A stretch of DNA of 64,000 nt from Thermofilaceae archaeon (GTDB lineage Archaea > Thermoproteota > Thermoprotei > Thermofilales > Thermofilaceae): positions 96,001 to 160,000 of the forward strand of contig JAWCCZ010000003.1 in assembly GCA_038861545.1 (NCBI GenBank), given 5' to 3'. This document shows, piece after piece, positions 28,712 to 38,276 of the stretch; position 1 is the first letter of the stretch; each line of letters begins with the position of its first letter. The notes under the pieces are model-generated. The model was not told where the DNA came from. It ran no database searches and saw nothing but the letters and a program-made list of their open reading frames with translations. The translations under genes and the position numbers were made by a program.

Positions 28712-29063
28712 AAAGTACTATAACTAACAGTGAGCCGACAATTATTAAAACTAAACCGGTCGCAATCGAGAGCTTAGCCGTTTCGCTGCGGATTTTTCCA
28801 CTCCCGGTATACAGTAAGTAATAGCCAGCTACTACCATAAGGTAACCTACAAAGGATATTGTCAGCTCTATGAAGTTTTGGTAACTTCTACTTGCTACTG
28901 GTCCTATGATAGATGTCACTGCTATGAACTCTTCCGGGCTATGAATCATGGTATATAAAATGTTAAAAACCCCACATAGCAGGAATAAGCTGGCAGCAAT
29001 GATTAAAGGAGCTAAGATAATTGGATCCAGAATTTTTGTTATAAATCGCGGGATTTGAGACAT
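28689..29063 (-). CDS. 3-TM membrane protein resembling OSTC/DC2 (OST3/OST6 family)
   Basis: TM1 SLFLLCGV, loop ending YQNFIE, TM2 ending AGYYLL, TM3 ending K-x-GG. TATA at 29093-29086 favours ATG 29063; the ORF is open to 29075. Confidence 0.6.
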   Translation of the reverse strand: MSQIPRFITKILDPIILAPLIIAASLFLLCGVFNILYTMIHSPEEFIAVTSIIGPVASRSYQNFIELTISFVGYLMVVAGYYLLYTGSGKIRSETAKLSIATGLVLIIVGSLLVIVLYAQKTGG

Positions 29064-29161
29064 TATAGGCCTCATTTCTTTTACAGATATAAACTTTCGT
29101 TTACAATGACTTTTTGTTAGGTCTTTTCCCGACTTTTACGATAGGGTCTTCGTTTTCTCCA

Positions 29162-30019
29162 TTAAGCTGCTGTAGAAAAGGCTATTGTACCTAGAAGCAT
29201 TGCAAGAAGTGTAATTTTTCGACTGTTTTCAGCATGCCTTATGTCCTGCTTTAGTAGGATGTATATTGCTGTGAACGAAAATAACGTATCAGTGACGGAC
29301 ACGAGAGCGGTGTAAATCGCGCGTTTTCCTTGGTCATGAATCAATGGAAGTGCGATAAGGCTAAGCAAGATGGCGAATATGAACAAGACAGCTGCTAAAA
29401 AAGCCGCAAAACGCCGACCCTTAACAACAGCAATTGTTTTAATTCCAACCCGCTTGTCGCCCTCGAGATCTCTTATACCCTTTAACACTTCTCTACCTAA
29501 AGTAGCTACAAAAGCTATGAGTGTGAAAATAATAGCTAATAAAGGTATCTGGTAACCACTAGTAACGGTTGCTCCAAATAGGAAGGGTAGGGAAGTGTCA
29601 AGACTCACGACCAAGTTACCGATAAACCCCAATCGCTTGTAACGAACGTTGTATGCCATGCCGCTCGTTATAGCTGCCAGTACTACTACTAGTGGCATTA
29701 TTCCAAGGAATAAAGAGAGCGCGGTTCCGAGTAATAAAGTTAGATAGCCAGCCATGATTGCCTCCTTTAAGCTAATCTCGCCGGTAACTAATGGACGGTA
29801 CGGGGCATTTATTTTATCTTCATCAATATTGTAAATATCATTGAAAATGAAGAGGCCAGCCTCCACAAGTACTGTAATCACTATCGCTAGTACAGCTTGT
29901 ATAAGGGGTGTATACATCCATCCTCCCGCTCCAAGTGCACAGCCAGTTACTGCAGCTACTGAGGCTATAATGCCATGCTCAATCCGGGTGAGTTTGAAGT
30001 AAGCAGATACTTTGCCCAC
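29162..30019 (-). CDS. Digeranylgeranylglyceryl-phosphate synthase (UbiA family)
   Basis: NDIYNIDEDKINAPYRPLVTG, REVLKGIRDLEGD; many TMs. Confidence 0.88.
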   Translation of the reverse strand: MGKVSAYFKLTRIEHGIIASVAAVTGCALGAGGWMYTPLIQAVLAIVITVLVEAGLFIFNDIYNIDEDKINAPYRPLVTGEISLKEAIMAGYLTLLLGTALSLFLGIMPLVVVLAAITSGMAYNVRYKRLGFIGNLVVSLDTSLPFLFGATVTSGYQIPLLAIIFTLIAFVATLGREVLKGIRDLEGDKRVGIKTIAVVKGRRFAAFLAAVLFIFAILLSLIALPLIHDQGKRAIYTALVSVTDTLFSFTAIYILLKQDIRHAENSRKITLLAMLLGTIAFSTAA

Positions 30020-30064
30020 AGGGTATTCTCTAAAACCACTTTAAAACAGCTACTGCTAATTTAA

Positions 30065-30078
30065 CCGGTAAATTTAAG
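30065..30078 (+). promoter_or_regulatory. BRE/TATA promoter
   Basis: CCGGTAAATTTAA is identical to positions 1-13 and lies upstream of ATG 30110. Confidence 0.55.
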
Positions 30079-30109
30079 TGCTTCATTTGTAGAGAACCTA
30101 CAGGTTGCC

Positions 30110-30283
30110 ATGTACATAATTGCCTGTAACAAGTGCTCTCTAGTACTTTATGCCGGTGAGAAACCAATTGATGTGCTAAGGGTTCTTGTTAAGTATGGTG
30201 ATAAATGTCCTCGGTGTTTACACAAGTTTTCTCTGAAACCAAAGCAGATACGCGCTCATGCACGGTCCGTTAGGAACTACTAA
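30110..30283 (+). CDS. Small zinc-ribbon protein (57 aa; absent from the ORF track)
   Basis: MYIIACNKCSLVLY...YGDKCPRCLHKF...; CxxC-x23-CPxC; has its own promoter. Confidence 0.75.
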   Translation: MYIIACNKCSLVLYAGEKPIDVLRVLVKYGDKCPRCLHKFSLKPKQIRAHARSVRNY

Positions 30284-30338
30284 GCTCCCGCCTCATATCA
30301 ACTACAAATTTATTAATCGCTTTTCAAGGGTTCATCGG

Positions 30339-32516
30339 ATGAGCAGTCGAACTAAAGTAGTCAAGGATAAATTACTATCAGGAATTTTTCGGGCTTTAGC
30401 CTTACCAGCCGATAGTCGATTCATAGCAGCTGCAGTAGTTTCATTCAGCGTATTGTTATCACTGCTTATCCGGCTTGCTCCGCTACGATGGGGTGTGTAC
30501 TTAAACGAATTCGATCCGTACTACGAGTACTATTTAGCTGAGACTCTCCTACAGAAAGGTAATGGCGACCTTCTCAAAGGACTTGTCTGGTGGTTTAGCT
30601 GGTGGTTTGATCGAAGTGAACGGGATACCCTGTTCTGGGCTCCAGGAGGCAGAGATACGAGGGCCTCTAGCCAGTTAGGAGCTCCTCTATTTTCAGCTGT
30701 GACGTATACTCTACTAAAGGGTTTGGGCTTCGACATTGATCTCTACACAGTCCATGCCTTCATACCGGCTGTTGGAGCAGCGTTTACATGCATATTCGCT
30801 TACTTTTTAGCCAAGGAGTTATGGGATTCGAGTGCTGGAGTGCTATCCTCACTTTTTATGAGCTGTTGTTGGCCATTTATTTATAGAACCAACTTAGGAG
30901 CTAAGCATGAGGGTTTAGCTATACCTTTAATGTTAGCTTCTTTCACGCTTTTTATTCAAGCCCACAGAAGAGGGTCTATTATGCGGGGAATAGTATCAGG
31001 GATCCTTATGAGTTTAGTTGTTTTCTCTTGGGGTGGCTTCCTTTATCCTTGGAATCTACTAGCTCTAACTGTTTTAATTTGGTTACTGATTAATCCTGGC
31101 GATACCAGAACCGCAAAGGTTTACATACCATACTTTACTTTATCGAGTATCGCCATAGCACTACTACCAAGGTTCGGCCCCCGGATGGCTTATGCTTCAC
31201 CTGCAGCAATTGTACCTTTACTAACGATCGGAGCCTCTCTCCTCACGCATACTCACCTTTTACCCACCCTAGGCAGGACAAGAAGTGTAGATAGGAAAAC
31301 CACAGTTATAATTGCAACCTGTATAGGCGTGATTTTCTTTTTAGCCTGGTGGACCGGTGTTCTCGTTTCGCTTCCTGGTAGAATAATAGCGGTTATCATG
31401 CCTATTCTACGCGAAGTAGGTGTAACCACAGTAGCTGAACACGCCGTACCAACATGGGCCTCTATCTACGGCGATTACAGCTTACTTATACCATTTTCTG
31501 CTTTCGGTGCACTACTCAGCGGCTACAGGATGCGTAAACGCTTTGAGGATCTTTTTGCAGTTTTACTCTGGTCTTCGGCCGCCTATGCTGCTGCTTCTAT
31601 GGCTAGGTTAACTCTCTTATTAGGTCCAGCCGTAGCTCTTCTAACTGCTTCAGCATTCTCGGAACTTATAGGCAAACTAATAGCAGCTAGGATTACCAAT
31701 GTAAAAGCTCGGAAAAGAGCCGGGATCAGCGATGAACTAGTAGCATTAACCATCATTTTAGTTTCAGCCTTACTTTTAGTCCCCCTACTCAATTATACGG
31801 CTTTAACTGCAACTCATCAACCAGCGTTAATACTCAGCTCTTCAATCCCGGTTGTTGATTATAATTACCAATATACTGATTGGATTTCTGCACTCGAGTG
31901 GATTAAGGCGAACGTGCCTACTGGATCCGTTATCGCAACTTGGTGGGACTACGGTTACTGGATTTCTGTTAATACTCTGAGAAATACTACTTGTGATAAC
32001 GCGACAATCGATACCAACCAGATACAGAAAATAGCTAAGGCTTTTCTATCACCAGAGGAGGAAGCTCTTCGGATTTTTGAGGGGTTAAACGTTACATACG
32101 TAGTGGTTTTTGAACCTTTCCTATCCGCAACTTTACCCAACTTAGGCATTACAGTATATTATTCACCAGCAGGAAGCGCATACGGAGGAGACTTAGCCAA
32201 GAGCTACCAAATGGCCCGTTGGATTGGGGCCGATACAGAGAAGTACCTCGGGTTCGGATACGTTGACAGCTACCCCATTATAGTGCCGAAGGATAATGAT
32301 GAAGCTCGTAATGCTACACTTTATCGGCTACTTTTCTCTAGGGCTACTGGGAGGTACTTCTACATTTTTGATCAACAGCTATCTTACTGGATAAGCTACG
32401 AGGGTCCCCGCCCGACGATACCAGAGCCCGAGCACTTTGAACTTGTATTTGCTTCGTCACCTAACAGGTGGGTATTAGTATATAAGGTCATTTACCCTGA
32501 GCCGAAGACTCCCTAA
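30339..32516 (+). CDS. aglB: Oligosaccharyltransferase AglB (STT3)
   Basis: EFDPY, TVAEH, WWDYG, DNAT; multiple TMs. TATA at 30309-30316 supports ATG 30339. Confidence 0.95.
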   Translation: MSSRTKVVKDKLLSGIFRALALPADSRFIAAAVVSFSVLLSLLIRLAPLRWGVYLNEFDPYYEYYLAETLLQKGNGDLLKGLVWWFSWWFDRSERDTLFWAPGGRDTRASSQLGAPLFSAVTYTLLKGLGFDIDLYTVHAFIPAVGAAFTCIFAYFLAKELWDSSAGVLSSLFMSCCWPFIYRTNLGAKHEGLAIPLMLASFTLFIQAHRRGSIMRGIVSGILMSLVVFSWGGFLYPWNLLALTVLIWLLINPGDTRTAKVYIPYFTLSSIAIALLPRFGPRMAYASPAAIVPLLTIGASLLTHTHLLPTLGRTRSVDRKTTVIIATCIGVIFFLAWWTGVLVSLPGRIIAVIMPILREVGVTTVAEHAVPTWASIYGDYSLLIPFSAFGALLSGYRMRKRFEDLFAVLLWSSAAYAAASMARLTLLLGPAVALLTASAFSELIGKLIAARITNVKARKRAGISDELVALTIILVSALLLVPLLNYTALTATHQPALILSSSIPVVDYNYQYTDWISALEWIKANVPTGSVIATWWDYGYWISVNTLRNTTCDNATIDTNQIQKIAKAFLSPEEEALRIFEGLNVTYVVVFEPFLSATLPNLGITVYYSPAGSAYGGDLAKSYQMARWIGADTEKYLGFGYVDSYPIIVPKDNDEARNATLYRLLFSRATGRYFYIFDQQLSYWISYEGPRPTIPEPEHFELVFASSPNRWVLVYKVIYPEPKTP

Positions 32517-32673
32517 GTAGCTTCATAGCTCTCCTGTACTTGCCATACTTATCTTCTGGGGAAAATTTCGGTGGATGTGGTATCCGAATATTACCGCCAC
32601 AATGAGGGCACTTATCGGTTTTTAGCGTATATCTACCGCAATCTAAGCATTTTCTCAACAACCATCGACTCAT
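32488..32673 (-). CDS. nop10: H/ACA RNP protein Nop10
   Basis: CLDCGRYTL, CPHCG, HPPKFSPEDKYGKYRR. Confidence 0.96.
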   Translation of the reverse strand: MSRWLLRKCLDCGRYTLKTDKCPHCGGNIRIPHPPKFSPEDKYGKYRRAMKLLRESSAQGK

Positions 32674-32679
32674 AGTTGC

Positions 32680-33495
32680 CTAATCCCTCTGCTTTTCAAA
32701 ACTAGCTTGGCATCCCTCTTCCAATGCTTTCTGTAACAAAATTTTTTCTAATTCATTAATGAAATTCTCCAAGTGTTTGGGATCGAAAGCTTCAGCTTCT
32801 AATCTATACTTAGGAGACCCTTCAACATAGAATCGGGCTTTAATCTCAGGATGTTTTTCTTTTACCTCTTTCCATGCTGTAAGGATCGCTCGAAGCCTAT
32901 TAACACCGTCCCCTTTAGAGCACCTAACCGTGAATATGCATCTAACTTTAACCTTAGGTACTCTAACATAATTCTCTGCTAATTCCAAAAAAGTTGATAA
33001 CCAGGGCTCTTTCACACCGGCTTTTTCGAGAGCTTTTCTCCCTTCCCTGACAGCGGCTTCGAATCCTGTGAAGATTTCTCCGTAGGTTTTCTCCAGCTTT
33101 TCTGCTTCACGGGTTGCTTCGCTTAGTGATCCCCCCAGTTTCCTGGCCGCAAGCTCGAGTAATTTCGCAGCCCTCTGGGATCTCTTCCATTCTTGAAGCT
33201 TAGCTCTTCTTTCATTTTCAGCTACGCGTTTTAACGATACATCTACATGTTTTCTTTTAGGATCTATTCTAATAACTTTAAAAACTTTCTTTTGGCCAAT
33301 TTTCAAAACTTCTCTTATATTCTTAAACCAAGAATGAGATACTTCATTAAACGGTATATATGCTTCTAAACCCCCATACTCGTCCAGTGTAATGAATGCT
33401 CCATGATCCTCTATTTTCTTTACGGTACCGACCACTAGTTCAAAGAGCTTTGGAAGCTCATGTGTTGACAAACAACTCACCGCCATTAATTTCAA
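32680..33495 (-). CDS. eif2a: Translation initiation factor 2 alpha
   Basis: S1 domain GAFITLDEY...VDVSLKRV, GSPKYR; conserved L44e-S27e-IF2a-Nop10 order. Confidence 0.95.
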   Translation of the reverse strand: MKLMAVSCLSTHELPKLFELVVGTVKKIEDHGAFITLDEYGGLEAYIPFNEVSHSWFKNIREVLKIGQKKVFKVIRIDPKRKHVDVSLKRVAENERRAKLQEWKRSQRAAKLLELAARKLGGSLSEATREAEKLEKTYGEIFTGFEAAVREGRKALEKAGVKEPWLSTFLELAENYVRVPKVKVRCIFTVRCSKGDGVNRLRAILTAWKEVKEKHPEIKARFYVEGSPKYRLEAEAFDPKHLENFINELEKILLQKALEEGCQASFEKQRD

Positions 33496-33692
33496 TCAAG
33501 TGTTTTAAGCACTTCTCCCCCAATCGATGCTCTACCGCCTGTAGGTTTAACTAAAATACGACCACACATATGACACGAAACATTGTACGTCGCATGGGTA
33601 AATATAATCTGTTCGTTACCACAGTCAGGGCACCGTACTAAGATAAATTTGCTACGAGGAAATGGTACAAGTATTTTACCAAAGAGCGGCAT
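33492..33692 (-). CDS. rps27e: 30S ribosomal protein S27e
   Basis: PRSKF, CPDCGNEQ, CHMCG, PTGG. Confidence 0.96.
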   Translation of the reverse strand: MPLFGKILVPFPRSKFILVRCPDCGNEQIIFTHATYNVSCHMCGRILVKPTGGRASIGGEVLKTLD

Positions 33693-33980
33693 TTATGACA
33701 CCTTTTCAGCAAGCTCAAACTTTCTTAACCTACCAAGGGATTTATGCCGCATATAGCCACAAACGCTGCATTTTAGCCTGATTACCTGCTTTTTTGTAAC
33801 TTTGGCGAATTCCTTTTGTTCGGGTTTTCTCTTTGAACCATATCCTTCTTGTTTACGAAGGTATCTACGTTGACCAGCGGCAAGCGTTCTTCTCTTACCG
33901 GCTTTATATACCGATACTTGGTGTTTAGTATAGGCTTTGCAACGGGGACAGTACGATCTAACTTCCTTGGGAAATCTCAA
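33693..33980 (-). CDS. rpl44e: 50S ribosomal protein L44e (eL42)
   Basis: YCPRC, GQRRY, KVTKK, CSVCG. Confidence 0.96.
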   Translation of the reverse strand: MRFPKEVRSYCPRCKAYTKHQVSVYKAGKRRTLAAGQRRYLRKQEGYGSKRKPEQKEFAKVTKKQVIRLKCSVCGYMRHKSLGRLRKFELAEKVS

Positions 33981-34046
33981 GCTTTAACCCCCAACCTTGC
34001 ATAGGTATGCAGTATTAAGCGTTACGCGCTTTTGCACACGTTTTAT

Positions 34047-34610
34047 CTAACTGTCATTTAAGTCTACAATTTTTTTCGCTACGCCTGCTCTCTCGAGCTC
34101 TGCTGCATCTGTACTTGGAATAATAGCTACATCGTTCATAGAGAATGGACCGAGAATTCTTCCGTCACTTAATACCACTTTTGAGTAAGGTTTAGAAAAT
34201 GATACTATGGATAGCTTTAAAACTTTTCCTTTATTTTGAGATGAACTAGCCTCTAATTTAGAAATACTGGATAGCGTTTCAAGTATTTTATCTAGGATTT
34301 CCGATTCTTCTTTAGGCACTACAATATTGGGTTTCTCTCCCTTAAACCAAACATATAGTAGCTCCTTAGTTAACCTTAAGAGTAGTATACTATGCACTGT
34401 ACTGTGCACCCTTTTAATCCATTCTTCTAGTAGCTCCTTGCTAATTTCGCCGCTAACTGTGACATTGTGTATCTCAGATAGGCGAGTCTTTATTTTAACA
34501 TAGAAATCAACCTCTAGAGGATAAACTTCATTGCTTTCGATTTCTCTTTTAAGTATATTTTGAAGGTAGCTTTCCACGTCGCCTATACCGGACATTTGGT
34601 CGAGTACCAT
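34047..34610 (-). CDS. GINS subunit (Gins15/Gins51, A-then-B domain)
   Basis: Helical A domain (DFY, LRLTK, PKEE) plus B domain (DGRILGPF...AAELERAGVA); lies after priS. Confidence 0.8.
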   Translation of the reverse strand: MVLDQMSGIGDVESYLQNILKREIESNEVYPLEVDFYVKIKTRLSEIHNVTVSGEISKELLEEWIKRVHSTVHSILLLRLTKELLYVWFKGEKPNIVVPKEESEILDKILETLSSISKLEASSSQNKGKVLKLSIVSFSKPYSKVVLSDGRILGPFSMNDVAIIPSTDAAELERAGVAKKIVDLNDS

Positions 34611-34661
34611 ATCCCTTACGGCTTATATAGACTCTTCGCTAACGCTTTTTTACTCTCTTAG

Positions 34662-35780
34662 TTATAATACTTGGAAGTTAACAACTTCTGCTCCGTTAAG
34701 CAATAAATATAATGCAGCGTATAAAGGGATCTTTCCCTCATTCTCTTTTAGATTTACATCAAGCATGACTTGTGGAACTCTTTTCGCTTCGATGAAGGCT
34801 TCTCCTCTAAAGGCTTTAACTTTATCGAGGGGGTTTTGGTTTTCTAATTCCTGAATGCTAAAAGTAGCGGCTTTAAGCCCGGTCCTGCCGTGCAAGCTAT
34901 TTTTTAGCCTTATTAGTCTATGTATATCCACTGTTACCTTTTCATCAATAGCTGCTTTCTCGCTTGAAATGCAATTCTCGATAATGATCTGCCAAGTTTT
35001 CAGATCCGTTACAAGCTCGTTGCTAGAAGAATGCAACATAGCCCAGCGAACTATGCGTCCATACCAACCAGGGCTACTTGAATCAAATCTAAGTTTGTAT
35101 CCCCCAGGAACCCGAATGAGTACTTGCCTATAGTCTAACCCCACCCCTCTAATATAATCAACAATCTCGCGCCTGCCATCTTGCCCGAGGCTTTTAACAG
35201 CCTCTGATTCAACATGTACGTGAAATCCCCTATGACCTGAGAATGTAACAATCATTTCGTTTTTAGATATGCCGAAATCATTCTCTAAAAATTCGTTTAG
35301 CTTCAATACTTCATCCCGAGCTACATTAATGCATGTCTCACAAATCCAAACCTCTCTCTCTATACTTTCACTACCGCACCTAGGACATTTCTCGCATGTA
35401 CCCCACCCCGTGGCTCCACATTTCTTGCATGACCATCGATCATGGAGCTCTTTACAAGGAGTTTCAACATGATCTACGTCTATATCGAAAACTAAGTCCG
35501 CACCCCGCCAACCCTTTGAATCCATATCTTTAGCCGAGGGATTAGCGTAGTAGGCTGATGAATGGTAGACGTGACGCGGAACGGAGTAGCGTAGTTGCTC
35601 AATAAGATCTGCTGGGGTATAAAAAGAAACGTGCCTTTGCATTCCGGCTCCTTCAAAGTAGGAGAATGCGAACTCACGCATCGAGAAAGAACTGATGTTT
35701 ACATCTTCTGGGTTAAGTTTTCTATAATAATCTCGAAAAAGGATCTTTCCTATCGTAGCAGGCTTGGAGCATCTGTTCAT
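34662..35780 (-). CDS. priS: DNA primase small subunit
   Basis: REFAF, DLVFDIDVD, FSGHRGFHV, DIHRLIRL, SLHGRTG. Confidence 0.96.
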   Translation of the reverse strand: MNRCSKPATIGKILFRDYYRKLNPEDVNISSFSMREFAFSYFEGAGMQRHVSFYTPADLIEQLRYSVPRHVYHSSAYYANPSAKDMDSKGWRGADLVFDIDVDHVETPCKELHDRWSCKKCGATGWGTCEKCPRCGSESIEREVWICETCINVARDEVLKLNEFLENDFGISKNEMIVTFSGHRGFHVHVESEAVKSLGQDGRREIVDYIRGVGLDYRQVLIRVPGGYKLRFDSSSPGWYGRIVRWAMLHSSSNELVTDLKTWQIIIENCISSEKAAIDEKVTVDIHRLIRLKNSLHGRTGLKAATFSIQELENQNPLDKVKAFRGEAFIEAKRVPQVMLDVNLKENEGKIPLYAALYLLLNGAEVVNFQVL

Positions 35781-36826
35781 ACTTTATCTCGCTTGGAGGC
35801 TATATGGGGTCGCAGCGATTTCCAGTAGTACTGAAGAGGATGTTTAACGCCACATTCAGCTATGCAGAGACCTAAGGTTTTCATGTTATCACATTTGTAT
35901 GGTGAGTACTTTTTCCTAGAACCCCTCATTCCAGCTATGTGTTCAATTTGGTATCTAGTTACTTGTTCTTTAAAATCGGGCGCGACTCTAAAGACTTCAA
36001 GGACTTCTTCTACGTTTAATCCTATGTTTAACATAAATGACGCAAGCATAAACCTTGCGCTATGTGGTATGTTTTTTCCAGCCTTCACACTATCTATAAT
36101 GGCTTTTACACAAGGAGGTAGAGCCTTTTCCCAGTTATCGACTTCAACTATCTCCCAGTTTTCTTTAATATTCCTTAGATATGTACCCCATTCAGAGCTT
36201 AATCTTTCAGCTAAAGAGTATAGGGAGTCAGGAATTTGTAGCTCTTCTACTTCGACTTCTTCTACTCTTTTTTCAATTAGAGCTCTTAACCGTTCCTCTC
36301 CAAGCCTAATAGTTTCTACCCTATTAACATAAACCCAGCCTTTGTCGACTACGCGGTGAACAAGTTTCCATGAGCCTCTCCTTTCTGGTATACTGTCTAA
36401 ATAATCGAAAACACTGATAGATAAAGGATAACCGAAAACGTTTCCCTCATACCTAACTTTAATCCCTAAACTGTTAAGAAGATATAGTAGTTTATCTAGC
36501 TCTTCTCCACTCAAGAAAAACCGGGTTCTCCTAGCAAAGGTTGTAGCGAACCGTCTAACGAGTAAGCGATCACCTATTAATTTTAAAACTAGTAAACTTG
36601 TCATAAAAGAAATTATCTCCTCGTCGCAATCTCCAGCAGGTGGAGATATCTCAGAGTTTCTTATAGAGGCTTCAATATATTGACTTGCTCTCTCAATTAT
36701 ACTTTTTAAAGCACCACTAGCCATGTCGGCCAGTGTTAACCCCAACTCTTTTACTCGCTCTATTGCAATTGGTAGAAAAGGGTATTTACGCAGGTCATCA
36801 TCGGTTATTAATAGTTCGCTCTTCAA
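35777..36826 (-). CDS. priL: DNA primase large subunit
   Basis: KYPFL, LPPCV, TRYQIEHIAG, YKC...GLC..C (FeS domain). Confidence 0.95.
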   Translation of the reverse strand: MKSELLITDDDLRKYPFLPIAIERVKELGLTLADMASGALKSIIERASQYIEASIRNSEISPPAGDCDEEIISFMTSLLVLKLIGDRLLVRRFATTFARRTRFFLSGEELDKLLYLLNSLGIKVRYEGNVFGYPLSISVFDYLDSIPERRGSWKLVHRVVDKGWVYVNRVETIRLGEERLRALIEKRVEEVEVEELQIPDSLYSLAERLSSEWGTYLRNIKENWEIVEVDNWEKALPPCVKAIIDSVKAGKNIPHSARFMLASFMLNIGLNVEEVLEVFRVAPDFKEQVTRYQIEHIAGMRGSRKKYSPYKCDNMKTLGLCIAECGVKHPLQYYWKSLRPHIASKRDKV

Positions 36827-36832
36827 GGCGTC

Positions 36833-37585
36833 TTATGCCTCTAGCCTCGGGGCTAGATAATACCTCAGAGTTCCGCCTCCCACGATTTCAAAACTTAACG
36901 ACAAAGGCTTGTTTGAAGAGAACTCAACAGTTACTAGTTCGCTTATCCTGTAAGCTTTGCTGACGATGTCATCTAAGTAATTTAGGCTATAGCTTGCAAT
37001 AGATGGCTGTCTCACCTCATATTCTATAAGAGATCCGCTTTCCGGCGAAAACTTAGCCTCTAATTCTCCTTTATCGCTTTTCGCGATAATTTTTAGCGTG
37101 TTTTCCTCCCCTATGAATTTAACAGTATCACTTATCATTTCAGCATCTTTTAACGAATCTCGAAACGTATCTGATAGCATTTTAGCAACAACATCAAACG
37201 TGACCCTGGGTGTTGGTAATTCCTCTCCCATAACATCGATGAGAGGAAGCGAAAAACTCCTCTCAGCTTTGCCGGCAAGTATTACCTTAAACCTTCTTCC
37301 TTCAATCTCGAAGATTATTTTATCTTCGGCTTTAGCCCTTCTCAGAACTTTATTAAGATCATCAAAATTGACCCCTATCTTAACTTGACTTTCCCCTATA
37401 TCATATATACTAAAGGCCTCTCTGGGGACATGTAAATCAACCATTGCTATTCTTGAGGGGTCTAATGCACGTAGCTTTAGAGCCTCACCATCCATTATGA
37501 AACTCGCCTCATCGACAATTGCATTTAGGCTTTCCATCAAATACCTCCAGTCCCTAGCATCCTGAAATTCAAACCTAATGGGCAT
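36833..37585 (-). CDS. pcn: DNA sliding clamp PCNA
   Basis: ALDPSRIAMVDL, YYLAPR. Confidence 0.97.
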   Translation of the reverse strand: MPIRFEFQDARDWRYLMESLNAIVDEASFIMDGEALKLRALDPSRIAMVDLHVPREAFSIYDIGESQVKIGVNFDDLNKVLRRAKAEDKIIFEIEGRRFKVILAGKAERSFSLPLIDVMGEELPTPRVTFDVVAKMLSDTFRDSLKDAEMISDTVKFIGEENTLKIIAKSDKGELEAKFSPESGSLIEYEVRQPSIASYSLNYLDDIVSKAYRISELVTVEFSSNKPLSLSFEIVGGGTLRYYLAPRLEA

Positions 37586-37755
37586 AACATTCCTCGGAAT
37601 ATTGTTTCCTTTGATGTACTATTTATACTAGTCGTCCATTCTTCTCTTTATCTAATCGGCTGTTGAGTTAGAAATTTGAAAGTAATATCTTTAGATAAAT
37701 TATATATCTAGTTATAATGTTTTATATAAGCGGTGTTCTATGAAATTGCTTACGT

Positions 37756-38091
37756 TCACTGATATTCACGCCATACATAACCACATTTGACGCACTTGAA
37801 AAACCTAGTAGCCGGTTCGTCACCCGCTCTAGTTTGCATTTCCCAATAATAAGCTTCTTCACTCCTACAGCGGGGGCATTCGATCTTCGTTTTGGGTAAG
37901 ACTTCCACCTTGACATTGCTATCAATGACGAGTATTACATCATCTGGTTTGCGCTGTACAGTTCGCTTAACTTTATAAGCCTCTTTGTTATCAGCTAAGG
38001 ATTCGTATCCGCACCTTTGGCATCTTAGTACTGTTTTATCGTTTCTCCTTTGCGGTAACATTAGGCTACCGCACTTTGGACAATACTTCAT
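37756..38091 (-). CDS. tfs: Transcription factor S
   Basis: Two Zn ribbons; QTRAGDEP catalytic hairpin. Confidence 0.96.
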   Translation of the reverse strand: MKYCPKCGSLMLPQRRNDKTVLRCQRCGYESLADNKEAYKVKRTVQRKPDDVILVIDSNVKVEVLPKTKIECPRCRSEEAYYWEMQTRAGDEPATRFFKCVKCGYVWREYQ

Positions 38092-38276
38092 GGCTAACCC
38101 AAGGGGATCTAGTAATCACCTTTAGCTTTTTCCGTTCAATATTTGAGCAAGTAGTTAAATTTTCTGATATCTTCAGAACTATTGTTTTGGATAGACGGTG
38201 TCATCCATAAAAGCTAGTTTGAACTTTCTAAAAGGCTTGACGGCAACCCTATATACTGGTTTGTGTCTATGGTCGC

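Noticed and set aside
30258-30338. Longer aglB start at 30258
   Set aside because: It overlaps the small Zn-ribbon gene and lies upstream of the TATA at 30309; ATG 30339 fits better.
36334-36347. 14-nt match between the 15949 sRNA D guide region and priL
   Set aside because: The priL mRNA has the same sense as the guide, so it cannot be a target; plausible by chance.
37620-37740. AT-rich, partly palindromic stretch between tfs and pcn as a replication origin
   Set aside because: No ORB-like repeats or initiator gene seen; consistent with terminator/promoter sequence.
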